A stretch of 40,346 nucleotides of DNA. Origin: a virus. Taxonomy: Duplodnaviria; Caudoviricetes. The notes beneath the pieces were generated by a model. It saw only the letters and a list, made by a program, of their open reading frames with translations, did not search any database and was not told where the DNA came from. Location: the IMG/VR virus record IMGVR_UViG_3300038673_000995, positions 1 through 40,346 of that record, one strand, 5' to 3'. The translations under genes were made by a program, and so were the position numbers. Below are positions 1-7,910 of this stretch, piece after piece (position 1 is the first letter of the stretch; the number at the start of each line of letters is the position of its first letter).

Positions 1-285
1 ATGAGTTCTGCTTCTTATCTGGAATGGTTTACGTTTACAATACAAAAAGGTCATGCTATTGCAGAGTTTCATGAGAAGAGAGAGTGGGATTTTAAACGGT
101 GTTTGAGACATGAAATTAATAATAATATTGCGGCTAAGATTTCGCTTTTGCTTATTTTGTGTGCTCAAGATCATCCTGAGGGTCAGCGGCGGTTTGGGCG
201 TTGGAATAATCGGCATTGTGCTTGTGCTTGGGAAGATTATGATGTTAATGTGAAGAAGTCTCGGAGGTTTCTTAGGGTTGCCTGA
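1..285 (+). CDS. Hypothetical protein, possibly 5'-truncated by the window edge
   Basis: 94-aa ORF at window start; no motif recognised. Confidence 0.45.
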   Translation: MSSASYLEWFTFTIQKGHAIAEFHEKREWDFKRCLRHEINNNIAAKISLLLILCAQDHPEGQRRFGRWNNRHCACAWEDYDVNVKKSRRFLRVA

Positions 286-377
286 TTTGCCCTGTACCAA
301 ATGCACAAAGCCGTGTAGTCGGTTGTGTCCTCATTATTTCGCTAAGACGGCTAGGGATAAGTTGCGGGAGGCTGGGT

Positions 378-773
378 TTGATGTTGTGTAAGTCGAAGCC
401 TATTTTCCTTCAAGAACTCTATGCCCAAATTCCCTCTATCGACTGCAAAGGCTGCGGACAATGCTGTGGACCTATAGAGATGTCGCCTGTTGAGAAGCAA
501 ATAATCACCGACTACTGTAGCGCACATGATATTCCATTAGGGAATCTTTTTGCGTCCATGTACGAGAAGTGGGTGGCGGGGCAGGCTGGGGAGTGGCAGT
601 GTCCAATGCGGCAAAACGGGGTGTGCGTGATTTACACGGTGCGCCCGGTGATTTGTCGGTTGCAGGGGTGTACGCCTCGGTTGCCGTGTCCGCATTTTCC
701 GAATCGTAAGTATGGGTTGGGGGTTTCTGAGGCTAGGCGTTTGGCTGAGTTGAGTTGGAGGCTTAAGCGTTGA
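378..773 (+). CDS. YkgJ-family (CxxCxxCC) cysteine-cluster protein
   Basis: CKGCGQCCG followed by CPM...CVIYTVRPVICR, the family signature. Confidence 0.85.
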   Translation: MMLCKSKPIFLQELYAQIPSIDCKGCGQCCGPIEMSPVEKQIITDYCSAHDIPLGNLFASMYEKWVAGQAGEWQCPMRQNGVCVIYTVRPVICRLQGCTPRLPCPHFPNRKYGLGVSEARRLAELSWRLKR

Positions 774-776
774 GGT

Positions 777-803
777 TCAGAACTCAGAACGCCAGCCCCG
801 TAG
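777..803 (+). repeat. Dispersed intergenic repeat, copy 1
   Basis: TCAGAACTCAGAacgCCAGCCCCGtAG; 23/27 identical to 38456-38482. Confidence 0.65.
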
Positions 804-1080
804 CCCTCTGCGGTGATACTAACAGGGATATACTGAAGGGTAAACTTGGCGTTTTCTCCATCAAAAACGACTCTGTCAGTTCTAAGTGTTTGGGGTGGAT
901 GCTTGATGCTCAAAATGTTTGTTTGTTTCTTTTTCTCTTAAAAAATGGCTTTAAACAGGCGTTTTGTGTAGTGGCTAAGTTCAGTTTCCAGAGTTTTTTA
1001 ACCCCGCTTCTACAGGGGATTTTTTCCAGAAATCATAGTCTTGGAGGCATAACAAATTGAAAAAAACAAAGAATGAGGTT

Positions 1081-1296
1081 ATGGGCTTGCGTAGAGTGCG
1101 TGAAGTCCAGAAAATCGGTTTAGTTACCCTGCGGAAAGTGAAGCATACTGGCAACGTCTATTATGTGACGATTGACCCGACGACTGTGGCGTCTTATGAT
1201 TTGGCTACGGGGGATGAACTCAAGGTTGGGTTTATTGAGGTTCGGAAGGACCGGACGTTAGCGGCTGCAGTTGAAGATAAGGAGCCTGAACTTTAG
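1081..1296 (+). CDS. AbrB/SpoVT/MazE-like DNA-binding protein
   Basis: RKVKHTGNVYYVTID...YDLATGDELKV swapped-hairpin pattern; ATG 1081 preceded by GAGG (TTG 1057 alternative). Confidence 0.65.
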   Translation: MGLRRVREVQKIGLVTLRKVKHTGNVYYVTIDPTTVASYDLATGDELKVGFIEVRKDRTLAAAVEDKEPEL

Positions 1297-1314
1297 GGGG
1301 AACTTGGATAGTCG

Positions 1315-1662
1315 ATGAGTTACAAAAATAATCTTCATCCTAAAGTTAGCCGTGCCGAGTATGACGTATTCAAAGAACTTAGCCGCTTATGCCTCACGCG
1401 TGGCATGGTAACTCAGCAGCCGATTACACTACGCGCCACAATCCCCGATTTTATGTGGATAGAGAAACGCAAACTCGTCTATTTGGATGGGGTGCATGTG
1501 CATCGGAAGAAGCAGGAGCGGGATGAGGAAATCGATAACCTCTTGGAAGTTCAGGGGTGGACGGTGCTGCGGATTCCGTATATGCCGCCTTTGACGGGGG
1601 CAGAGTTTACGCGGGTGATTGGGTTGATTAGGGAGTTCATAGGGGAGGCAGATAACGAGTGA
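1315..1662 (+). CDS. DUF559/Vsr-like PD-(D/E)XK endonuclease
   Basis: SRAE...IPDF...LVYLDGVHVH...RDEEIDNLLEVQGWTVLRI. Confidence 0.8.
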   Translation: MSYKNNLHPKVSRAEYDVFKELSRLCLTRGMVTQQPITLRATIPDFMWIEKRKLVYLDGVHVHRKKQERDEEIDNLLEVQGWTVLRIPYMPPLTGAEFTRVIGLIREFIGEADNE

Positions 1663-1949
1663 CTAATGCCGCTCGAACCCGTTTCGCCACCCTCATTGTA
1701 ATCTTAGAAGAATGTCGTGGTAGTCCCAAGTCTGCTAATAGTATTTGTCGGCATGCACATATTGGTTTCTCGCGGGTTATGGCATGTTTGGAGGTTTTGG
1801 AGGGAGCAGGTTATCTTTCTAGGAGTGTGTATAGGGGGCAGACGTTTTTTGGGGTTACGCGGGAAGGGTTGGTTTTTCTGGGTAAGTGTGAAGAGTTTAG
1901 GGCGTTGTTGGTGCCTTTCGGCGGGTTGGAGGTTTTGGTGTCCCTCTAA
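1659..1949 (+). CDS. Archaeal winged-helix DNA-binding protein
   Basis: SANSICRHAHIGFSRVMACLEVLEGAGYL...FGVTREGLVFL wHTH pattern; GTGA overlap with upstream stop. Confidence 0.7.
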   Translation: MTNAARTRFATLIVILEECRGSPKSANSICRHAHIGFSRVMACLEVLEGAGYLSRSVYRGQTFFGVTREGLVFLGKCEEFRALLVPFGGLEVLVSL

Positions 1950-1971
1950 TTTGGGGTGTCTGCGGGTAAGG

Positions 1972-1980
1972 TTTTATAAG
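1972..1980 (+). promoter_or_regulatory. Candidate TATA box of the late operon
   Basis: TTTTATAAG in intergenic gap upstream of the co-oriented structural operon. Confidence 0.45.
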
Positions 1981-2151
1981 GGGGCGCTTGCTGAGTTGCT
2001 ACCGTTGAAGAATCTTCGAAGAAAGTGGTAGATTTGTGAGGGGTCTTGCAGGGAGTGATACGCTACCTGCCGACACCCTTTCAAGGGCTTTCTGCTAGCG
2101 CCCAGTTAACCCTTAGCCAAGGTTCAGAGAAAAAATTTGGTGTGCCTTATT

Positions 2152-2406
2152 ATGCCTCATCGACGAAAACCCAGTGGTGTAGCTAGAAACTTCATTCAGC
2201 ATAGTGCGTACTATGATTGTAAGACGAAAGAATCTATAAACTTGGTGTCTGCCGACGCAGTGATGGTTGAGGTTGCCGCTGCTTTCCCCGACAGCTATGA
2301 TGAGGATTTAGAGGTACAGGTTTTTGGGGATTTAGAGTTATCGCAGGATGCTTTGGTCACGGGGTTGGTTTTGAGTGATCCGCGGGGTACGGGGGCGCTG
2401 CGTTGA
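2152..2406 (+). CDS. Hypothetical protein
   Basis: ORF (ATG 2152, TTG 2137 alternative) coupled to next gene by TTGA overlap. Confidence 0.55.
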   Translation: MPHRRKPSGVARNFIQHSAYYDCKTKESINLVSADAVMVEVAAAFPDSYDEDLEVQVFGDLELSQDALVTGLVLSDPRGTGALR

Positions 2407-2660
2407 GTTCTGAATCGCCTTATGTTAATTGTCCGTCTTGTCCTGAGATTAAAAAGAAGATTGATCGCATCGACTTAGCCTTGTTGGGTCCTGATGGTAC
2501 GGGCCGTGAGGGGGGGTTGGTGAAGGCGGTTAATGATTTGGAGGATAGGTTTAAGGTGCAGGCAAGTTGGACGGATGTGTTTAAGCCTATTGTGATTGCA
2601 GCGGTTTCTTCGGCTGTGACGTTTCTTTTAACGTATGGCATTCTCTCTCACATCATCTAG
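2403..2660 (+). CDS. Small membrane protein (CxxC, coiled segment, C-terminal TM helix), holin-like
   Basis: CPSC; C-terminal hydrophobic stretch IVIAAVSSAVTFLLTYGIL. Confidence 0.6.
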   Translation: MSSESPYVNCPSCPEIKKKIDRIDLALLGPDGTGREGGLVKAVNDLEDRFKVQASWTDVFKPIVIAAVSSAVTFLLTYGILSHII

Positions 2661-2698
2661 TTTTCAAGTAATAGTTTTCCAAGGAGAGTAAAGACAAA

Positions 2699-3154
2699 AT
2701 GGCTTCTACGAATGAGAAAATCTTAGCAGGCGTCTTAATCGCCGTTGTCGTAGTGGCAGCGGTGGCTATCGGCGTAATCGTGGTTTCTCGGCAAATCAGC
2801 AGCCATGGCACTGTGGTGTCTACAAGCTACGGGTTAGGCGTCTATACGGATGCGGCCTGCACGGATCCGCTTACGGAAATCGACTGGGGGAAAGTTAGCA
2901 ACGGCGCGGTAGCTACAACGCCTGTTTTCTACGTGAAGAACACGGGACAGAACACCAACTTAACCCTAGGCTTCAACGTGACTGATTGGAACCCCACAGG
3001 CGCAGCCAACTACTTCACATTGACCTGGAATTACACGGGGGCAGTCCTGCAGCCTGGAGAAGTATTAGCGGTGCAGATGCAGCTCACGATAGCGCAGTCT
3101 GTGCCGTTCACCGCGTTTAGCAATCGCATTAACATCAATGGCGTATCTGCCTAA
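2699..3154 (+). CDS. Membrane-anchored/secreted beta-sandwich protein
   Basis: N-terminal TM helix; GVYxDxxCT-IDWG-YVKNTG-WNP-LTWNY motifs; AGGAG SD. Confidence 0.7.
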   Translation: MASTNEKILAGVLIAVVVVAAVAIGVIVVSRQISSHGTVVSTSYGLGVYTDAACTDPLTEIDWGKVSNGAVATTPVFYVKNTGQNTNLTLGFNVTDWNPTGAANYFTLTWNYTGAVLQPGEVLAVQMQLTIAQSVPFTAFSNRININGVSA

Positions 3155-3273
3155 GTTTCTTGGTTGCTTGGTTGTCTGTAGCCCCAGAGGTTCCTTTCCC
3201 ATGAGATCATACACCCACATCTTTGGGGTTGCAGCAGCCAAACACAAACTTTCCATTTACCCTGAGTTGAACT

Positions 3274-3753
3274 TTGAAAATGTCCCAAAATGACCCTAAT
3301 TCCCCACAGTTGAAAAGTCGCCGTGGACTCAAAGCAGCATTACGTCGACTAAAAGTCATAGAGTTAGCGGCACAGGGCAAAACAAACCAGCAGATCGCCG
3401 ACATCCTCAAGGTGGGCGAGAAAACCGTGGACCGTGATATGCAGAGTGTGCAGATTCAGGAGTATACGCATGGGTTGGTGAAGCGCCAAATTCAAGATAT
3501 TGAAACTTCTAAGCCGGGGGTGCGGCTGCATTATCGGAGTGATTTGATTGAGAAGTTGTTGCCGAAGCGTGCGGGGGATAAAGTGGAAGTGAACGTGAAT
3601 GCAAACGCAACAAGCACAAGCGAATCCGCAAGCCGCCTTCTTGGAGAGTATGACGCCATTATCGCGGCTGAAGTGGCAAAAGAAAAGAGAACTCTTCAAC
3701 CAGACGATTCTGCAGAACAAGTACATCCTGCACAAGCCTCAGATTCTGCCTGA
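3274..3753 (+). CDS. terS: Terminase small subunit (HTH)
   Basis: GKTNQQIADILKVGEKTVDRD HTH; directly upstream of TerL. Confidence 0.75.
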   Translation: MKMSQNDPNSPQLKSRRGLKAALRRLKVIELAAQGKTNQQIADILKVGEKTVDRDMQSVQIQEYTHGLVKRQIQDIETSKPGVRLHYRSDLIEKLLPKRAGDKVEVNVNANATSTSESASRLLGEYDAIIAAEVAKEKRTLQPDDSAEQVHPAQASDSA

Positions 3754-4987
3754 TGGACGCAGCCCCCAAACCGTTTTTCTTCTGCAGGATAAGCGGGAGG
3801 GTATGTATGGTGGGGCTTGTGGCGGCGGTAAAAGTGATGCTATTCTCATGGCGGCTCTTCAATATGTTAAGGAAAAAAATTATGCCGCTATACTATTTCG
3901 CCAAACCTTTGCTGACCTTTCACTTGATGGGGCTTTAATAGAACGTAGCCATAGTTGGCTTGATGACACTGATGCCCATTGGGACGGGTCACAACATTGC
4001 TGGACTTTTCCCTCTGGCTCCACGCTTGCTTTTGGCTATCTTCAAAACAACGGTGACGAGAAACGTTACAAATCCGCTGAGTTTCAATTCATCGGTTTCG
4101 ACCAAGTGGAAGAAATCTTGGAGCATCAGTACCGTTTCATGTTTAGCCGTGCCCGACGTTTAGCAAATAGCCATATTCCTATACGTGTATGGAGCACCGC
4201 AAATCCTGACGGGTTGCCATGGGTAAAGCAACGTTTCATTGTGGAAGGCGCTGAAAACGGACGCTTTTTCATTCCTGCCTTCCTAGATGACAATCCCGCG
4301 TTAGACCGTGAGGACTACATTAAGTCGCTGGATAATCTTGATCCAGTGCACCGCGAACAATTGTTGCATGGGAACTGGGATATTAAACGGACTTTCATGT
4401 TTAAGCGGGAATGGTTTGTTAACGGCAAAGACCGCCTCTTAGTTGAACCCACTCAAGCCCCTACTGGCGGCAGAACCATTCGCATGTGGGACTTTGCCGC
4501 TACAGCTGCAGGAGCCGCAGCCGACCCCGACTATACTGTTGGGTTAAAAGCAACCGTATGCAATGGCGAACTCTATATTCTTGATGTGGTGCGTGGGCAA
4601 TGGGCTCCGCATCAAATTAGCACTGAAGTGAAAGCTACGGCTAACTTGGATGGCAAGGAAGTTGAGGTGCATATTGAAGAGGAAAAGGGTGCTGCAGGCA
4701 AGAACCTTATAGATCAGTATAGTCGAAATGAACTCTTAGGCTACATAGTGACCGCTGAATCGCCGACTGGGGAGAAAACGGTGCGTGCTGCGCCTTTAGC
4801 TTCAGCGGCTGAGAAAGGGCATGTACATCTTGTGCGTGGTACTTGGAATACGGCGTTTCTGGATGAGGCAGAATCTTTTCCTTTGAAGGGCCATAAAGAT
4901 CAAGTGGACACGGCGGCTTATGCCTACAACATTTTGGCGTCTGATGGGGGTCCTGTGGGCGGTGGGGATGTAGAATCCATCTTTTAA
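3650..4987 (+). CDS. terL: Terminase large subunit
   Basis: Walker A GGACGGGKS, Walker B FIGFDQVEE, STANP motif, nuclease WDFA...DYTVG...KDQVD; ATG 3650 with GGAGAG SD. Confidence 0.96.
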   Translation: MTPLSRLKWQKKRELFNQTILQNKYILHKPQILPDGRSPQTVFLLQDKREGMYGGACGGGKSDAILMAALQYVKEKNYAAILFRQTFADLSLDGALIERSHSWLDDTDAHWDGSQHCWTFPSGSTLAFGYLQNNGDEKRYKSAEFQFIGFDQVEEILEHQYRFMFSRARRLANSHIPIRVWSTANPDGLPWVKQRFIVEGAENGRFFIPAFLDDNPALDREDYIKSLDNLDPVHREQLLHGNWDIKRTFMFKREWFVNGKDRLLVEPTQAPTGGRTIRMWDFAATAAGAAADPDYTVGLKATVCNGELYILDVVRGQWAPHQISTEVKATANLDGKEVEVHIEEEKGAAGKNLIDQYSRNELLGYIVTAESPTGEKTVRAAPLASAAEKGHVHLVRGTWNTAFLDEAESFPLKGHKDQVDTAAYAYNILASDGGPVGGGDVESIF

Positions 4988-4997
4988 GGTAACAATC

Positions 4998-6272
4998 ATG
5001 ACTTTACGTGAGCGTTTCGCAAGATTCTTCGAGCAAAATAAGGCTCTTGTAGGTGACGCTGCGTACAGTTTCTTCAATGACGGTTTAGTGTTGAAACCGC
5101 GTGAGGATTCTACTTATAAGTATTATTATGAGAACGACGCGACTGTAGGCGTTAGTATTGATGCGTTGTCGAATATGCGTTTAGGCAGCGGCATCTACGC
5201 GACAGTAAAGGATGCGCAAAAGAGTCAGAAAGCTTTAGATTTGATTAATGAACTTAACGAGCGCATTCATCTTGATGAGCAGTTGCAGAACATCGATAAA
5301 TGTCTAGACATTTATGGGCGCTGCCCCGTTGAACGTGTAACACGCCGCGGTCCACCTGGAGGCATTTTAGAGTTGTTGGTGTTGGATCCGTCTTCGGTGG
5401 AGTATAAGCGTGCGGTGCATGGGCAGTTTTTAGGGTTTCTTCAGAAGGTTGGGGGCAAATCCGATGTGAAGTTTGGGCCTGACGAGTTGGTGTGGTTCTG
5501 TAATAATCAGGCGGGGAACGGTAAAAGGGCGCTTTATGGGCTTAGCAGGGTTCAGCGTGTTTTGCCCCTGTTGGAGATTCGGGAGCAGATTGTTAAGAAC
5601 ATTAATGGGATTATGTCGAAGCAGGCGCGTCCGCCCCTAATTTGGAAGGTGAAGGGCGAAAATGACGTTGCGACTTTAAAGGCGCTGCTTAAATCCTGTA
5701 AAACTGCGGGCACAGACCCTATTGTGTACCCTTTGGATTCTGTGCAGTTTGAGGTTGTTAAAACAGATACTAAGGCGGCTTACTGGGAATACGTTGATTA
5801 CATTGACGGTTTAATCTTTCAGGGGTTGCATTCGCCGATGCTAAACTACCTGCGCAACGCCACCGAAGCCTCCGCCAACACGATGCTTGATGTTATCAAG
5901 GCGGATGTGGAGGGGCGGCAGCGGTATTTGAAGCGGATGGTGGAGCACGAGTTTTGGGAGTGGCATCTGCGGAAACGTGGCTGGGAGGGGGAGATTCCTA
6001 GCTTAAACTTCGGCTCTCCAAAAACGGGGCTCGAAGACCTAAACGTGGATACGTTCCTCACGAAAGGTTTAGAACTCAATTTCATTGATCAGCAGGGGTT
6101 CTATGATATTTTGCAGCAGAAGGGTTTGAAAATTAATTTTAAGCCTGTTGCTGAGGAGCCTGCGGGGGCGCACCAAATCACAATTACATCTCAAGATGAT
6201 CCCGAGAAAGATTTAGTTGCTCAGGAGCGGAAAGCCCGAATTGCAGCTCTTAACAAAATCGCAGCATCCTAA
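4998..6272 (+). CDS. Portal protein
   Basis: 424 aa after TerL; LDIYGRCPVE, VLDPSSV, YGLSRV motifs typical of portals. Confidence 0.88.
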   Translation: MTLRERFARFFEQNKALVGDAAYSFFNDGLVLKPREDSTYKYYYENDATVGVSIDALSNMRLGSGIYATVKDAQKSQKALDLINELNERIHLDEQLQNIDKCLDIYGRCPVERVTRRGPPGGILELLVLDPSSVEYKRAVHGQFLGFLQKVGGKSDVKFGPDELVWFCNNQAGNGKRALYGLSRVQRVLPLLEIREQIVKNINGIMSKQARPPLIWKVKGENDVATLKALLKSCKTAGTDPIVYPLDSVQFEVVKTDTKAAYWEYVDYIDGLIFQGLHSPMLNYLRNATEASANTMLDVIKADVEGRQRYLKRMVEHEFWEWHLRKRGWEGEIPSLNFGSPKTGLEDLNVDTFLTKGLELNFIDQQGFYDILQQKGLKINFKPVAEEPAGAHQITITSQDDPEKDLVAQERKARIAALNKIAAS

Positions 6273-7737
6273 CCCCGTAGTATTGGATTTGCTGTTCGGC
6301 GAAGGCTTCCTATTTGAACGTACCCGGTATTGGATGTACGTTGCTGTCATGGATGAACGCACCTGCAAAGAATGTGACAGGTTCAGCGGTTCCGTGTTGA
6401 CGACTTATGAGGTGCACCGATACTTTGAGTACGGCGATGAAGTGGCTTACGATTTGATATTGCCCAACACCCATCCGAACTGCCTTATACCTGGCACATT
6501 AGTTACAACTAATAAAGGCTTAGTTTCCATCGAAAAAATACGCCTCGGGGATCTAGTATTAACACATAAAGGCAGATTCAAACCTGTTATTCAACTGCAT
6601 AAAAGCAAGCATGATGGCTTAATCCATAAAATTGGGGAAAGTTGGCTAACAGGGAATCATCCGGTCTTAACCCTGAGTGGTTGGAAGGCTGCAAATTGCC
6701 TTAACCAAAGTGATAGCGTCATTAAAGTTAAGCCTAACGAATTTCCGTTTACCAACATTGAATCGCAACAACAACCAATCTTCAGCTTTAAGCAACGCCT
6801 CTTTCCTTTCATCCATGGCCTGTTTTCGACCGGAATTATGCCACTCGCCCCCGTCAACTTCAATGGCAATCTTCCTGTCTGGCACAGCCAAATCAATGTT
6901 AAAAATATCCAGAGCATATTGCGGGATAACCTGAATTCCGATATCATTAAGCAGTTTCATAACTTCAAGTTCACCCGCACTAAGTTGCGTCCAGTTGTTT
7001 TGTTTGATGAGGGCTCTCTGCAGCAATTCTTCACGCGAACGTGTCATGCCGCGAACAGCATCATGCGCTGCTTTGGTTTGCTTTGCTTCCTGCTCAGGCG
7101 TCATTTTGCTGTGTTTAAGGTGTTCAGCTTCACTGCGTCCTCGGCGCCGGATTCCACATCTACGCAATCTTGCGTTAATAGCTGGACGAGAAACGCCCAA
7201 ACGTTCGGCGACAGCCTTCTCCGAAAGTCCCTCTTCGAGGTACAATCTGAGAACTTCGTCGGTGTTGATGTCTTTCCGTCTCAAGGGCATGTTCAATTTC
7301 CTTGGTTTATTCCCAACTACCATACAACTACACCACTAACATACATCTGCAAAGAGGCTTATAAAGGCTTTGTTTACAATCTATCAGTAGCCGACGATGA
7401 AAGTTACTGCGTAGGCAAAGACTCTATTGCAGTACATAACTGTCGGTGTATGCTTGTGGGCGCAAGGGACGATTGGGGCTATACTGATACGGCGCGGGTG
7501 ATTATGGCGCCGCCTGACGTGTCTTTGGATGACATTTTGGCAAGGGCTAACGCGCAGGTCGAAGCGGTTGAATCCGCTAAGGGGAAGTTGCGGATGAGTG
7601 TGGATTTCTGGCTTATCCGTGCTGCCTTCATTAAGGTGTTTGGGGCGCAGCAGGGCGGCAAATTGTTCCGTGATTGGGTGCGGAAAAATCGTCTCTCAGT
7701 AACTAAGCCTTATGGTAAACGTTTCAAAAGTGATTAA
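6217..7737 (+). CDS. MuF/SPP1 gp7-like head morphogenesis protein containing an intein (start uncertain: TTG 6217 or 6283)
   Basis: DERTCKEC motif; HPN|CRC motif restored on removing the intein; located after portal. Confidence 0.88.
   Translation: MLRSGKPELQLLTKSQHPNPVVLDLLFGEGFLFERTRYWMYVAVMDERTCKECDRFSGSVLTTYEVHRYFEYGDEVAYDLILPNTHPNCLIPGTLVTTNKGLVSIEKIRLGDLVLTHKGRFKPVIQLHKSKHDGLIHKIGESWLTGNHPVLTLSGWKAANCLNQSDSVIKVKPNEFPFTNIESQQQPIFSFKQRLFPFIHGLFSTGIMPLAPVNFNGNLPVWHSQINVKNIQSILRDNLNSDIIKQFHNFKFTRTKLRPVVLFDEGSLQQFFTRTCHAANSIMRCFGLLCFLLRRHFAVFKVFSFTASSAPDSTSTQSCVNSWTRNAQTFGDSLLRKSLFEVQSENFVGVDVFPSQGHVQFPWFIPNYHTTTPLTYICKEAYKGFVYNLSVADDESYCVGKDSIAVHNCRCMLVGARDDWGYTDTARVIMAPPDVSLDDILARANAQVEAVESAKGKLRMSVDFWLIRAAFIKVFGAQQGGKLFRDWVRKNRLSVTKPYGKRFKSD
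6481..7440 (+). mobile_element. Intein, 320 aa, inserted in the MuF HPN/CRC motif
   Basis: Block A CLIPGTLV, block B LTGNHPVL, block F FVYNLSVADDESY, block G AVHN followed by +1 Cys. Confidence 0.95.
6667..7290 (-). CDS. HTH + DUF559/Vsr-like endonuclease encoded antisense within the intein (ATG 7290; ATG 7323 alternative)
   Basis: LYLEEGLSEKAVAERLGVSRPAINARL HTH; SAGE...QY...IDLA...IAIEVDGGEWH...DERKEALLKAEDWLLLRF nuclease; AAGGA SD upstream of 7290. Confidence 0.88.
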   Translation of the reverse strand: MPLRRKDINTDEVLRLYLEEGLSEKAVAERLGVSRPAINARLRRCGIRRRGRSEAEHLKHSKMTPEQEAKQTKAAHDAVRGMTRSREELLQRALIKQNNWTQLSAGELEVMKLLNDIGIQVIPQYALDIFNIDLAVPDRKIAIEVDGGEWHNSGRKQAMDERKEALLKAEDWLLLRFNVGKRKFVRLNFNDAITLVKAICSLPTTQG

Positions 7738-7739
7738 CT

Positions 7740-7883
7740 ATGGGTGACGGCTACGTTTCATGCCCCTACTGCAATGATGCTATGGTGCATCGGCTAGGTG
7801 AGTCAGAACGGTTTGTTTGCCCAAGCTGCGGCAAAACCTTCACTGCTTCGGGTTATGCGTTGGGAACCGAGCGTCCGCCTTAG
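7740..7883 (+). CDS. Small zinc-ribbon protein (47 aa, not in ORF track)
   Basis: Manual translation MGDGYVSCPYCND...FVCPSCGKTF...; starts 2 nt after MuF stop. Confidence 0.7.
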   Translation: MGDGYVSCPYCNDAMVHRLGESERFVCPSCGKTFTASGYALGTERPP

Positions 7884-7910
7884 AATTTAAAGTAATGGAG
7901 AAAAACTAGA

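Noticed and set aside
770-1060. 96-aa + strand ORF and overlapping 632-913 minus ORF
   Set aside because: No SD or motifs; region looks regulatory (repeat, T-tracts)
6657-7339. Other short ORFs in the intein (6657-6947 -, 6677-6934 +, 6995-7339 +)
   Set aside because: No motifs; by-products of the stop-poor double-coded region
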